Positions 26,633-36,757 of a stretch of 64,000 nt of DNA are shown piece by piece. The notes under the pieces were generated by a model. It saw only the letters and a list, made by a program, of their open reading frames with translations. It did no database searches and had not been told where the DNA came from. The stretch is from Gemmatimonadota bacterium. GTDB lineage: Bacteria; Gemmatimonadota; Gemmatimonadetes; Palauibacterales; Palauibacteraceae. The first letter of the stretch is position 1; each line of letters begins with the position of its first letter. The position numbers and the translations under genes were made by a program. The DNA is taken from contig OY762926.1 in the NCBI GenBank assembly GCA_963666735.1, positions 2,208,001 through 2,272,000 on the forward strand, given 5' to 3'.

Positions 26633-29154
26633 CAGAAGTTCCACCGGTAGCTGATGCTCGGCACCACGCCGAACACGGCGGTCTCCACGGCCTCGGTGAC
26701 CGTCCGCGAATCCCGGTTCTGGCGGAAGGCGATCGCCTGCGCGTTGAAGCGGTTGTACACGTTGAAGAGCCCGAACTGGAGTTCTCCCCGGCCCCACCTC
26801 CTGGTGGCCGACACGTCCAGACGATGATAGTCCGGAAGGCGTCTCGCGTTCCGCGGCCCGTACTCTCCCAGAATCAGGCCCGCGAACTGATACCGCGCGA
26901 CGGGGTACGTCGTTGGCAGCCCCGTGGCGAAGACGAAGTTCGCCCCCACGCTCCAGTCCTCGCCGAGCCGGTACAGTCCCGTCAGGGCGAAGTCGTGCGT
27001 CCGGTCGTAGGGGGATGGATACCAGTCTCCCCCGTTGACCCCGGGATCCGCCGCCGTGAGCCCGGGTGTACGCTGATCCGAGCGGGCGAGGGTATAGCTC
27101 GCCCACCCGGTGAAGCGTCCGCGGGTCTTCCTCAGGAGGAATTCCACCCCGTACCCGCGTCCCTCCCCCGGGAGGAGAAGCGTCTCGAGCCGCCGGCTGA
27201 AATAGATGTCCGCCCCGTCCACGTAGTCGATCAGGTGGCGCGCCCGCTTGTGGTAGATCTCGCCCGAAAACGCGTAGCGCCCTCCGGCGAGCGTGGTCAC
27301 GTAGCCGAGCGCGAACTGGTCGGCGACGTGCGGCTTCACGTAGGGCCCCACGGGATCCCACAGGTCGAGCGGTGTGGGGGAGTTCGTGTTCGTCACCAGC
27401 CGCAGGTACTGCCGCGTGCGGGAGTAGCTCGCCTTGAGCGACGAGGCATCGTTGAGCCTGAAGCGCAACCCGAGCCGCGGTTCGAGCCCGCCGTAGGAGA
27501 CGATCGTCTCCCCGTTGCCGTACCGCGTGCTGTCCACGATGGCGCCGGGCTCGTACCGGCCCAGTGCCGAACGATAGACCACGGGCGCATCGTTCTCGTA
27601 GTCGTATACCGTCGCCTCGCCACGGCGGATGAACCCGGTCGCCCGAACCCCGTAGCGGAGCCCCAGGCGTCCGACCTCCGTCTCGTGCTCGATGTACGCC
27701 TCGGGGGCGACGCCCTTACGGGACTCGAACTCCGTCGCGATGACCGCCGAGCCTTCGCCGGGGGCGATGTTCGCGGGCTGGATCTCGTAGCTTCGGAACC
27801 CCAGCCCGAACTCCAGCCGGTCCGACGGACTCGCGTCCCACGACTCGTCCACGGTCACGCTGAAGTTGCGGATCCCCGCGTCGAGCGAGGCGGCCTGGGC
27901 GTTGAAGCTGTTCTGGATGTGGTACTCGTAATCGCTGTAGGTCACGGTCAGATGGGAGAAGACCGGGCCGAACACATGGTTCCAGCGCAGCGTGCCCGCC
28001 GCATTTCCCCACCCGGCGGAGGCCTGGGTCCCGATCCGCAGCCGGTCGCGGCCGAAGTAGCCGGAGAGCATCACCTGGCCGGCGGCGCCGTAGCGCACGT
28101 TGGTTTTCGCGTTGAGGTCGTAGAAGTAGGCGGTGCTCTCCTGGATCGAGGGGTCGCTCGACAGGCCCAGGAAGAGGTCCGCGTAGGTGCGGCGGCCCGC
28201 GACGAGCCAGGATCCCTTCCCGTCGAAGAGCGGCCCCTGGAGGCTCAGACGGCTGGAGAGGAGGCCGATCGTGGCCGCCCCCTCGAACTCGCGCGAGTTG
28301 CCCTCGCGCTGGTGGATCTCCAGCACGGAGGAGAGCCGGCCGCCGTAACGGGCCGGGATGCCGCCCTTGTAGAGGGTGACGTCCCCCACCGCGTCCGAGT
28401 TGAAGGTCGAAAAGAGGCCGATGGCGTGGGCGGGGTTGAACACCTCGGAGTCGTCGAGGCGAATCTGGTTCTCGTCGCCCGCGCCCCCGCGCACGTTGAT
28501 CGCGGTCGTCGCGTCGTTCGCCGTGCTGATGCCGGGATAGAGGGTCAGCGTACGGATCGGGTCCGCCTCGCCGAGGACCAGCGGGAGTTCGGAGAGGGCG
28601 GGGACGTCGAGCCGGACGACGCTCATGTCCACGCTCTCGGGATCGAGGTCCGGCGGCTGGCGGTCGGTCGTCACCGTGAGTTCCGACACGATGACCGGCC
28701 TGAGGGGGAGCGCGAAATCCAGCGTCATCGTCTCCTGGAGATCGACGAGCTCGGTCACGGTCTCGTAGCCGAGGCTGGCCACGCGGATCGAATACCGGCC
28801 GGGAGGCAACTCGACCGAGTAGAATCCGAACCGGTTGGTCCCGATGATGAGGCCGCGCTCCGTGATGTCGAGCCGGGCGGCCCGGATCACCTCGTCGTTC
28901 TCCGCCACCCGCACGTAGCCGGAGAGGCGCACCGGCTCCGGTTCCTGCGCGTATGCCCGGCCGGCTCCCGCCGTCGCGACGACCCCCTGCGCGAGGGCCA
29001 GGATCGTCAGCGCTGTTCCAATGTGGAAGCGGATGCTGTCCTCCGCCTGAAGTCGGGATCGTTGCCGGCGCCGTCGGCCGTGGCCGCGCGACGCCGGGGG
29101 ACGCAGTTTCCGGGGCCGAGGCTCGCGGCCGCGACGCCCTGTCGCCCGGTACAC
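26632..29154 (-). CDS. TonB-dependent receptor with N-terminal carboxypeptidase-regulatory-like domain
   Basis: TNRFGFYS, P..LGEAD, VRGG..DEN, YKGGIPARYGGRLSSV, RLPDYHRLD, C-terminal YRWNF; start uncertain. Confidence 0.92.
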   Translation of the reverse strand: MYRATGRRGREPRPRKLRPPASRGHGRRRRQRSRLQAEDSIRFHIGTALTILALAQGVVATAGAGRAYAQEPEPVRLSGYVRVAENDEVIRAARLDITERGLIIGTNRFGFYSVELPPGRYSIRVASLGYETVTELVDLQETMTLDFALPLRPVIVSELTVTTDRQPPDLDPESVDMSVVRLDVPALSELPLVLGEADPIRTLTLYPGISTANDATTAINVRGGAGDENQIRLDDSEVFNPAHAIGLFSTFNSDAVGDVTLYKGGIPARYGGRLSSVLEIHQREGNSREFEGAATIGLLSSRLSLQGPLFDGKGSWLVAGRRTYADLFLGLSSDPSIQESTAYFYDLNAKTNVRYGAAGQVMLSGYFGRDRLRIGTQASAGWGNAAGTLRWNHVFGPVFSHLTVTYSDYEYHIQNSFNAQAASLDAGIRNFSVTVDESWDASPSDRLEFGLGFRSYEIQPANIAPGEGSAVIATEFESRKGVAPEAYIEHETEVGRLGLRYGVRATGFIRRGEATVYDYENDAPVVYRSALGRYEPGAIVDSTRYGNGETIVSYGGLEPRLGLRFRLNDASSLKASYSRTRQYLRLVTNTNSPTPLDLWDPVGPYVKPHVADQFALGYVTTLAGGRYAFSGEIYHKRARHLIDYVDGADIYFSRRLETLLLPGEGRGYGVEFLLRKTRGRFTGWASYTLARSDQRTPGLTAADPGVNGGDWYPSPYDRTHDFALTGLYRLGEDWSVGANFVFATGLPTTYPVARYQFAGLILGEYGPRNARRLPDYHRLDVSATRRWGRGELQFGLFNVYNRFNAQAIAFRQNRDSRTVTEAVETAVFGVVPSISYRWNF

Positions 29155-29188
29155 AACCTACAACGAACAAACGTCACAGGGACCGAAC

Positions 29189-30754
29189 ATGATGAACCGG
29201 ATTCTCCCCCGGGTGTTCCTTGCATTCGCGGCCTGCGCCGGCGCGGCGGAGGTACGGGACGCGGGCGCGCAGACCTTCCCCACCGACGATCCCGTCATCC
29301 GGCAGATGTGGGAGGAAGGGATGGGAGAGAGCTCGCAGGCGTTCGATCTCGCCCAGGCGCTGACGGACTCCATCGGCCCGCGGCTCATGGGTTCGCCGGG
29401 GTTCGAGGCGTCCGCCGACTGGCTGCTGTCGAAGTACGAGGCCTGGGGGATCGAGGCGGAGAAGCAGGAGTATGGGACGTGGACCGGGTGGGACCGCGGC
29501 TACAGCCACATCGACTTGATCGCGCCGCGCGTGCGCTCGCTCGAGGGGATGATGCTCGCCTGGAGTCCGGGCACGGACGGACCGGTGGAAGCGGACGTCG
29601 TGCTGATGCCGAGCGTTGGATCGCGCGAGGAGTTCGACGCCTGGCTGCCGGCGGTGGCCGGCAAGGCGGTCGCAATCTCCTTCCCGGAACCGACCTGCCG
29701 CGAGGACCAGTCGTGGGAGGACCACGCGACGGAGGCGACGGTGGAGCGCATGCGTGCCGCGCGCGACGAGGCCCGCCGGGCCTGGTTCGGGGGCATGTTC
29801 AGCGTCGGCGGGGACTTCGCCCAGCGGATCGCCGACGCGGGGGCCGTCGCCCTGCTCACCGGGCGCTGGTCGCAGGGCTGGGGCGTGGACAAGATCTTCA
29901 GTTCGCCGAGCCGCACCGTACCCGGGCTGCACCTGAGTTGCGAGGACTACGGGCTTCTGGCCCGGCTCGCCGAGCGGGGCCAGTCGCCGCGCGTGCGCAT
30001 CGACGCCCGCGCCGAGTTCCTCGGAGATGTACCCGCCTTCAACGTCGTGGGGCGGATCCCCGGCACGGAACTTCCGGACGAGTACGTGGTCCTGAGCGCG
30101 CACCTCGATTCGTGGGATGGGGCCTCGGGCGCCACGGACAACGCCACCGGCACGATCATGATGATGGAGGCGATGCGCCTCCTGAAGACGGCCTATCCGA
30201 ACCCCCGGCGGACGATCCTCGTCGGACACTGGGGCGGCGAGGAGCAGGGACTTATCGGGTCGACCGCCTTCGCGGCGGACAACCCCGAGGTCGTGGACGG
30301 GCTGCAGGCCGCCCTCAATCAGGACAACGGCACCTGGCGGATCGACTACATCCGCATGCAGGGCTTCACCGGCGCGGGAGCGCACTTCGGGCGCTGGTTC
30401 TCGAAGATCCCCGTGGAGATCACCGGACACATCGAACTCGACATCCCCGGCGTGCCCGAGACGGGCGGCAGCGACCACATGTCGTTCATCTGCAAGCCGG
30501 CCCCGGGCTTCCGGCTGCAGTCGAACTACCCGGACTATCGGCAGTACACCTGGCACACGAACCGGGACACCTTCGACAAGATCGTGTTCGACGACCTGCG
30601 GAATAACGCGACGCTCGCCGCCATGCTCGCCTACCAGGCGTCCGAGGACCCCGAGCGGGTGCCGCGCGACACTCGGGTGCTTCCGTCCGGCCGCGACGGC
30701 GGGCCCGGCCAGTGGCCGCAGTGCCGCCCCCCGCGCCGGAGCGCCGGCGGCTGA
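29189..30754 (+). CDS. Secreted M28-family peptidase (carboxypeptidase Q-like)
   Basis: LTD.IGPRL.GS, SAHLDSWD, GATDNATG, GEEQGL.GS, SDH and WHT..D. Confidence 0.92.
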   Translation: MMNRILPRVFLAFAACAGAAEVRDAGAQTFPTDDPVIRQMWEEGMGESSQAFDLAQALTDSIGPRLMGSPGFEASADWLLSKYEAWGIEAEKQEYGTWTGWDRGYSHIDLIAPRVRSLEGMMLAWSPGTDGPVEADVVLMPSVGSREEFDAWLPAVAGKAVAISFPEPTCREDQSWEDHATEATVERMRAARDEARRAWFGGMFSVGGDFAQRIADAGAVALLTGRWSQGWGVDKIFSSPSRTVPGLHLSCEDYGLLARLAERGQSPRVRIDARAEFLGDVPAFNVVGRIPGTELPDEYVVLSAHLDSWDGASGATDNATGTIMMMEAMRLLKTAYPNPRRTILVGHWGGEEQGLIGSTAFAADNPEVVDGLQAALNQDNGTWRIDYIRMQGFTGAGAHFGRWFSKIPVEITGHIELDIPGVPETGGSDHMSFICKPAPGFRLQSNYPDYRQYTWHTNRDTFDKIVFDDLRNNATLAAMLAYQASEDPERVPRDTRVLPSGRDGGPGQWPQCRPPRRSAGG

Positions 30755-30808
30755 AGCCGGAGGCCCCGGCCGGCTACCCGAGGCGGGGGGACCGTTCGTT
30801 CGCGGGGT

Positions 30809-31591
30809 TCAGCCCGGGAGCGTGAGGACCTGACCCGGATAGATCCGGCTGCCGTCCAGGTTGTTCGCGGATCGGAGGCGGGTCACGGTCGTGTCGTGAC
30901 GACGGGCGATCTCCCACAGCGAGTCGCCCGGCCTCACCTCGTACCGCCCGCCGCCGGCCGCGTACCGCTGCGCGTCGGCGCGCGTGATCCGGTCGACGTA
31001 GGCGGCGTACTGCCGCGGGAAGAGCGCCACGTGGTAGTGCGGCGGCCGGCGCTCCATGGTCGCCTCCAGAACCCCCGATCCCTCCAGCTGGAGCAGAACC
31101 CGTTCCAGCCATGCGCGGCACTTGCCGGCGGGGCGGCGAAAGTCGAGCGCCATGCCCGTCGGGTGGACGGAGCGCGGGGAGGCGTTGATCGGCTGCCGGT
31201 TCTTCGGCCGGGTCAGGCTCGTGACGACGAGCCGCTCGCCGCAGGCACTCCGGTACTGGGGGGCGAGCCGCGAGATGAACAGCTTGACCTCGGGTCTGGC
31301 GTAGGGAAACGAGATCTCGTGGAGCACGTAGTCCGCAGAGGCGGGCACTTGCACGAGATATCCCTCGTTCGCGAAGCGCTCGACCTGGGCGGGCGTGGCG
31401 ATGTACGTGAAATCGTGCTCGCGCGCGACGCGGTTCTGAAGGTCCAGCGAGTTCGTCCCTCCGCGAAGGCTCTGCCCCGAGATCTCACGGGGGGCGGCCA
31501 CGGCCAATGCAACGGATGCCGCCGCGAAGAAAAGCTGCGAATTTCGAAGGAACCGCGCGCGCCGGCACGGCAATCTCGTCCAGGTTCTCAC
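30809..31591 (-). CDS. DUF5715-like peptidoglycan peptidase with C-terminal LysM domain
   Basis: VTSLTRP, S.HPTGMALD and HYHVA (peptidase M15-like ligands); LysM YEVRPGDSLWEIA...LRSAN; GGAGG before GTG 31591. Confidence 0.85.
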   Translation of the reverse strand: MRTWTRLPCRRARFLRNSQLFFAAASVALAVAAPREISGQSLRGGTNSLDLQNRVAREHDFTYIATPAQVERFANEGYLVQVPASADYVLHEISFPYARPEVKLFISRLAPQYRSACGERLVVTSLTRPKNRQPINASPRSVHPTGMALDFRRPAGKCRAWLERVLLQLEGSGVLEATMERRPPHYHVALFPRQYAAYVDRITRADAQRYAAGGGRYEVRPGDSLWEIARRHDTTVTRLRSANNLDGSRIYPGQVLTLPG

Positions 31592-31677
31592 GATGCCTCC
31601 ACCCCGTTGATCCACCCCACCTGAACCGCGTCCGAATCTGCAACATAAGCAAACCGTGCATCGACGTTCAACTTCGT

Positions 31678-31749
31678 CGGCCGGGAGGCGGTCCGGGAAG
31701 CCCGATCCCCGGCCGGGAGGCGGTCCGGGAAGCCCGATCCCCGGCCGGG
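31678..31749. repeat. Perfect 32-bp intergenic tandem duplication
   Basis: CGGCCGGGAGGCGGTCCGGGAAGCCCGATCCC at 31678-31709 and 31710-31741, plus an 8-bp partial copy. Confidence 0.9.
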
Positions 31750-31814
31750 CCGCTCCCCTTCATCGCCGTGCGCTGCCATGCGCTGCCGCGGAGGCTGCCG
31801 TGCGCTACCGTCCT

Positions 31815-32750
31815 CTACGGCTCCTGACGGATCCCGAAGAAGCCCTCCCGCCGGGCGAGCGCGCGGCGGATGGCATCGGGCTCGGCGCGGGCGAATCGGA
31901 TCGGCGTTCCGGGCCGGGCCTGCGCGAAGGCGTCGAGCGCGATCGGAGCCACGGAGCCGAGCTTGGCGTAGCCGCCGATCGTCGGACGGTCCCGCATGAA
32001 GACGAGCGGCAGGCCATCGCCCGTGACCTGCACGGTCCCGTCGACGAGAGGCGTCGAGTCGAGCACGCGCGGTCCCGAACTCAGGGCGGGGCCGGCCAGT
32101 CGGCCGGCGGCGCGGTCGCTCGCCGGGTCGACGGTCCATTCCGCGTCGAACACCCGCTCCCGATCCGCGTTCGAGAACTCGGCCCACTCGTAGCCGACGA
32201 TCAGCGGCAACGTCAGGGACACCGTCTCGGGCGGGACGAGTGCGGGGGGCAGCCGCCGCACCGGACACGCGCGTTCGGGTTCGCCCCAGCGGAGGGGTTC
32301 GCCGGCGCGCAGGGACCGGCCGAGCAGCCCCGGCAGTCCGTCGCGCGCCACGGCCGACGCGGAGCCGAACGCCGTGGGGACGTCGAGGCCGCCGGGGAAC
32401 GCGACGAAGGCGCGCATGCCGGTCGCGCTGTAGCCGAGCCGGAGCACCTGGCCCGCACGTGCCCGAACGGTGCGCCAGACGCCCGTTTCGACGCCGTCGA
32501 GCGTGGCGGCGCAGTCGGCCCCCGTCAGCGCCACGGACGTCTCGACGGCGAAGCGCAGGGCGAAGCCGCCCAGGGTGATCTCGAGCGCGGCCGCCGCCGG
32601 ATCGTTGCCGACGAGCCGGTTGGCCCAGAGGTACGCGCGCTGATCCATCGCGCCCCCGGGGGCCAGCCCGGCGCGGCGGCCGGTCCGCCGCCCCAGATCC
32701 TGGATCGTGCAGAACGGCCCTGGGCGGTCCACGACGCCGTGCGGGCTCAT
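31815..32750 (-). CDS. pxpC: 5-oxoprolinase subunit C
   Basis: TIQDLGR, GAMD, ANRLVGN, LEITLGG, GTVQV and TIGGYAK. Confidence 0.92.
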   Translation of the reverse strand: MSPHGVVDRPGPFCTIQDLGRRTGRRAGLAPGGAMDQRAYLWANRLVGNDPAAAALEITLGGFALRFAVETSVALTGADCAATLDGVETGVWRTVRARAGQVLRLGYSATGMRAFVAFPGGLDVPTAFGSASAVARDGLPGLLGRSLRAGEPLRWGEPERACPVRRLPPALVPPETVSLTLPLIVGYEWAEFSNADRERVFDAEWTVDPASDRAAGRLAGPALSSGPRVLDSTPLVDGTVQVTGDGLPLVFMRDRPTIGGYAKLGSVAPIALDAFAQARPGTPIRFARAEPDAIRRALARREGFFGIRQEP

Positions 32751-33418
32751 CCGCCCGCAGCCTCGTACTCGTCCCGGTCGACCGGACGGAACTCGACCGT
32801 GCCTCCCGGCCGGAAGCGCGCGATCCGTTCGGCGGCATCGGCGAAGAGCGCCGCGGGAACGCGGCCGATCAGACGCCAGCCCCCCGGCCCCGCCGCCGGA
32901 TAGACGCCGGTGCGCCGGTCCGCGATCCCGACCGACCCCGTTTCGACCCGCGCGCGGGGCGTCGCGAGGCGCGGCAGGGCGATCCGCGCGTCCACATCGC
33001 CCATGTACGCGAACCCCGGCGCGAACCCGGTCGCGAGTACGGCGTACCTCCTGCCGCTGTGCAGCCGTGCCACATCGCCTGCGTCCAGGCCGGCGTGCAC
33101 CGCCACCTCCTGGAGATCGGGCGCAAGATCGGCATCGTAGCACACGGGCAGGATGACGGCTTCGCCCGTATCGACCCGCGGTTCTTCCGCCAGGCATCTC
33201 TCCGCGGCGGCGGCCAGTGCGGACTCGATCTCCTCGGGGTCCCAGCTATCGGGCGCACCCTCGACGAGCAGCCGGTTGAAGGCCGGAATCGTCGCGCGGA
33301 GGTCCGGCAACGCCCCGCGCGCGAGGCGTTCGAGACCCAGGACGCGGGCGATACCGTCCCGGTCGGGCGCCACCGGAAGCGTGACCAGGGCGCTCACCGG
33401 CCCCGGGAAGGTGATCAC
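32747..33418 (-). CDS. pxpB: 5-oxoprolinase subunit B
   Basis: LPVCY...PDL, GFAPGFAY, PR...PR..V..GSVGIA and GGWRLIGR. Confidence 0.9.
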   Translation of the reverse strand: MITFPGPVSALVTLPVAPDRDGIARVLGLERLARGALPDLRATIPAFNRLLVEGAPDSWDPEEIESALAAAAERCLAEEPRVDTGEAVILPVCYDADLAPDLQEVAVHAGLDAGDVARLHSGRRYAVLATGFAPGFAYMGDVDARIALPRLATPRARVETGSVGIADRRTGVYPAAGPGGWRLIGRVPAALFADAAERIARFRPGGTVEFRPVDRDEYEAAGG

Positions 33419-33425
33419 CGGCGAT

Positions 33426-34157
33426 CTATTGCTTCGGCGGCACGAGTTCGCGGATGCGGCGGAGCACTGCCGTGGCCGATGGGTTGTCGCCGTGCACGCA
33501 AAGCGTCTCGGCCTCCACCGCCAGCGGGCCCTCGGGCGTCTGCACGAACCCGTCGAGGAGGTTCGCGACATGCCCGGCCACCGCGTCCGCGTCGGAGAGG
33601 ACGGCCCCGTCGATTCCGCGCGCCTGAAGGCGCCCGTCCGCCGCGTAGGCGCGATCCGCGAAGGCCTCGAACGCCGGCGTGAGCCCGGTGTGCTCCAGCA
33701 TCGCAGCGTGCCGCTCGCGCTCCGGCGTCGCCTGGAGGACGAAGGCGAGTGACGGATCCACCGCGGCCACGCCCTCCGCCAGCCGAGTGAGCAGCTGGTC
33801 ATCCCTCATCATCGCCAGGTACAGTGCGCCATGCGGCTTCACGTGCCGCAGGCCGATCCCCAGCGCCCCCGCGACCGCTTGCAGCGCGCCGATCTGCGCC
33901 TGCACCTCGAGCACCAGCGACTCGAGCGGCCAGTCCAGCTTCAGCCGCCCGAAGTTGCGCCGGTCGGGGTAGCCGGGGTGGGCCCCCGCCTGCACGCCGT
34001 GCTCGGCCGCCAGACGCAGCGTGCGCGCCATCGTATCCGGGTCCCCCGCATGGCCGCCGCAGGCGATGTTGGCCTGGTCGATCAGCGGCATCACCGCTTC
34101 GTCGGCCCCCTTCTCCCAGGGCCCGTAGCTCTCTCCCATGTCGCAGTTGATCAGCAT
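33426..34157 (-). CDS. pxpA: 5-oxoprolinase subunit A (LamB/YcsF)
   Basis: NCDMGES, NIACGGHAGDP, AHPGYPD, HVKPHGALY, FADRAY and CVHGD. Confidence 0.95.
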   Translation of the reverse strand: MLINCDMGESYGPWEKGADEAVMPLIDQANIACGGHAGDPDTMARTLRLAAEHGVQAGAHPGYPDRRNFGRLKLDWPLESLVLEVQAQIGALQAVAGALGIGLRHVKPHGALYLAMMRDDQLLTRLAEGVAAVDPSLAFVLQATPERERHAAMLEHTGLTPAFEAFADRAYAADGRLQARGIDGAVLSDADAVAGHVANLLDGFVQTPEGPLAVEAETLCVHGDNPSATAVLRRIRELVPPKQ

Positions 34158-34352
34158 GCGGGAAGATACCGATGCGGGAAGGGCGTCCGCACCTGTTTCT
34201 CGCCATCACGCCGTCCGGGACGCCGCCCGGGATCCGGCACGGCTGGCGGCGCGCCGTCCGCCAAGCGAGAATCCATGGTGGGCCGGTAATGGCTACTGCA
34301 TCGGGCTGCTACTGCATTGGCTACTGCGTCTGTCAACGGGAGTCAGAGCACT

Positions 34353-35549
34353 ATGCTGCGAATTCTCACCCGGACGCCGGCGATGGCGGTGCTGTCCGCG
34401 CTCGTTCTCGGACTCGCGGCCGCGGACGCGCGCGCACAGGACGAACATCTCGAGATCGCGAAACGCGTGCTGTCGAGCGTCCCCCTGTTCGACGGACACA
34501 ACGATCTCCCGTGGGCGATCCGGAACGCGGACGCGCCCCGCGACGTCCGCGCCTACGACATCTCGCGTCCCACGCCGGGGCACACCGATCTCGCCCGCCT
34601 TCGGGCCGGCGGCGTCGGAGCCCAGTTCTGGTCCGTCTACGTCCCGGCCTCGGTCATGGAGGACGGCGGCGGCGCGCGCATGCAGCTGGAGCAGATCGAC
34701 ATCGCGCGCCAGATCATCTCCGATCACCGGGAGGACCTGGGGCTCGCGCTCACAGCAGCGGACGTGATGGACCAGTTCCACCGCGGCAAGGTCGCCTCGA
34801 TGCTCGGCATGGAGGGAGGCCACGCGATCGAGAACTCGCTCGGCGCCTTGCGGGCTTTCTACGCGCTTGGCGTCCGGTACATGACCCTCACGCACAGCGC
34901 CAACATCCCCTGGGCCGACTCCTGCTGCGAGCCGCCCGAACTCGGAGGACTCTCCGCCTTCGGCGAGGAAGTCGTGCGCGAGATGAACTGGCTGGGCATG
35001 CTGGTCGATATCTCGCACGTGTCGCCGGGAAGCATGCACGATGCACTCGACGTGGCCGAGGCGCCGGTCATCTTCTCGCATTCCTCCGCCAAGGCCGTGA
35101 CGGACCACCCGCGCAACGTACCGGACGATGTGCTGCGCCGGCTGCCGGAGAACGGCGGCGTGGTCATGGTCACGTTCGTCGAGTCCTTCGTGAACCAGGA
35201 GGTCGCCGACTACTCCGGCCCATCGGAAGGGCGCCCTCGCGCCACGATGGCCGATGTCGTGACGCATATCGAGCACATCCGCGCCGTGGCGGGCATCGAC
35301 CACGTCGCGATCGGGGGCGACTTCGACGGCATCGACCGTGGGCCGGCCGGGCTGGAGGACGTATCGACGTACCCCGCCCTGTTCGCCGAACTCTCGCGCC
35401 GCGGGTGGACCGAATCCGAACTGCGGGCCCTCGCGGCCGACAACCTGCTTCGCGTCATGCGTGCCGCCGAAGCCACCGCGCGCCGGCTCCAGGCCGAACG
35501 CGACCCCTCCATGGCCACGATCGAAGGACTGGACGGGCTGGTGCCTTGA
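34353..35549 (+). CDS. Secreted membrane/renal dipeptidase (M19)
   Basis: DGHNDLPW, QFWSVYVP, GMEGGH, YMTLTH, DISH, FSHSS, RNVPD and GGDFDG. Confidence 0.95.
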   Translation: MLRILTRTPAMAVLSALVLGLAAADARAQDEHLEIAKRVLSSVPLFDGHNDLPWAIRNADAPRDVRAYDISRPTPGHTDLARLRAGGVGAQFWSVYVPASVMEDGGGARMQLEQIDIARQIISDHREDLGLALTAADVMDQFHRGKVASMLGMEGGHAIENSLGALRAFYALGVRYMTLTHSANIPWADSCCEPPELGGLSAFGEEVVREMNWLGMLVDISHVSPGSMHDALDVAEAPVIFSHSSAKAVTDHPRNVPDDVLRRLPENGGVVMVTFVESFVNQEVADYSGPSEGRPRATMADVVTHIEHIRAVAGIDHVAIGGDFDGIDRGPAGLEDVSTYPALFAELSRRGWTESELRALAADNLLRVMRAAEATARRLQAERDPSMATIEGLDGLVP

Positions 35550-35581
35550 GGCCCGCCGTCCCCAACCGAGAGGAAAGACCC

Positions 35582-36757
35582 ATGAGAACAGCGCCGCTCA
35601 GACGAACCCGGACCGCACGGGCCCTTGCGCTTGGGAGCATCGCGGTCCTCCTCTCCGCAGTCTCCCTCGCCGCCCAGGATGTCGCGGGCATCGTACTCGT
35701 GGAGCCGTTCAAGGTGGGGACGTTCGCGATCAGAGATGTTCCGCGCGTCGGGCTCGTGCTGCGGGACGCCTTCATCGTCGACATCGAGCTGGCGAACGCG
35801 GTACTCGAGCGGAACCGCGCGTTTCCGAGGGTGCCGGCGCCGACGGACATGCTCGACCTCATCGGCCGCTACGAGTACGGGCTCCAGCGGCGCCTGTACG
35901 AGATCGTCAACGAGACGGTGGCCTATCAGCGGCTCTCCGGCCCCACTCGTGCGGACTACATCTACGATGTCGAGGATGTCCGGATCCTCCCGCCGATAAT
36001 GTATCCGGGCAAGATCCTGAACGCGGCGAGCAACTTCTACAGCCGTGTCGCCGCGGACGCGGCCGACGAGGAGAGAGAGGAAGCGGTCCGCCAGCGACGT
36101 GAGAACCGGGGCGTGCCGTATCTCTACCTCAAGCCGTCGCGCGGCGCCGTGGTCGGGACCAGCGACCGGATCGTGATTCCCCACGGCCGGAGCCAGACCG
36201 ACTGGGAGGTGGAGCTGGGTGTGGTCATGGGGCGGGCGGCAAAGTACGTCGCCTCGGAGGATGCCCAGGCGACCGTATTCGGGTACACCGTGACGATCGA
36301 CGTCTCCGACCGCGGCGGGCGTCCCCCGGGCGGCAACCCCACGGCTTCGGACTGGCTGGTCGAGAAGGGGCACGACACGTTCGCGCCGATGGGCCCATGG
36401 ATCGTCCCGAAGGAGTTCTACGGCGACCCGATGGAGCAGCTGCGCCAGACGTTGGACGTGGGCGGAGAGCGCATGCAGGAGGCGACGGGGGGGGACTTGA
36501 TCCACTCCCTGTGGGAGTTGATCGAATACGCTTCTTCGATCCTGACCCTGTTCCCGGGCGACGTGATCAACCTCGGCACTTCCGGCGGCATCGGCGTGGG
36601 CGAGGAGCGATTCCTGCAGCCGGGCGATGTCGTCACGGCGACGATCGACGGGATCGGCACGATCGAACTCCCCGTGGTGGAGGGGCCGGAGCCTGTCGGC
36701 GAGACGGGCGTCCGGCTGCCGCCCGTGAGCACCTACGGGCGGGATCCCGGCTCATGA
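35582..36757 (+). CDS. Secreted FAH-family protein, paralog 1
   Basis: Signal peptide; KILNAA.NF, DWEVELG, IDVSDR, KGHDTFAPMGP and PGDVIN.GT. Confidence 0.9.
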   Translation: MRTAPLRRTRTARALALGSIAVLLSAVSLAAQDVAGIVLVEPFKVGTFAIRDVPRVGLVLRDAFIVDIELANAVLERNRAFPRVPAPTDMLDLIGRYEYGLQRRLYEIVNETVAYQRLSGPTRADYIYDVEDVRILPPIMYPGKILNAASNFYSRVAADAADEEREEAVRQRRENRGVPYLYLKPSRGAVVGTSDRIVIPHGRSQTDWEVELGVVMGRAAKYVASEDAQATVFGYTVTIDVSDRGGRPPGGNPTASDWLVEKGHDTFAPMGPWIVPKEFYGDPMEQLRQTLDVGGERMQEATGGDLIHSLWELIEYASSILTLFPGDVINLGTSGGIGVGEERFLQPGDVVTATIDGIGTIELPVVEGPEPVGETGVRLPPVSTYGRDPGS

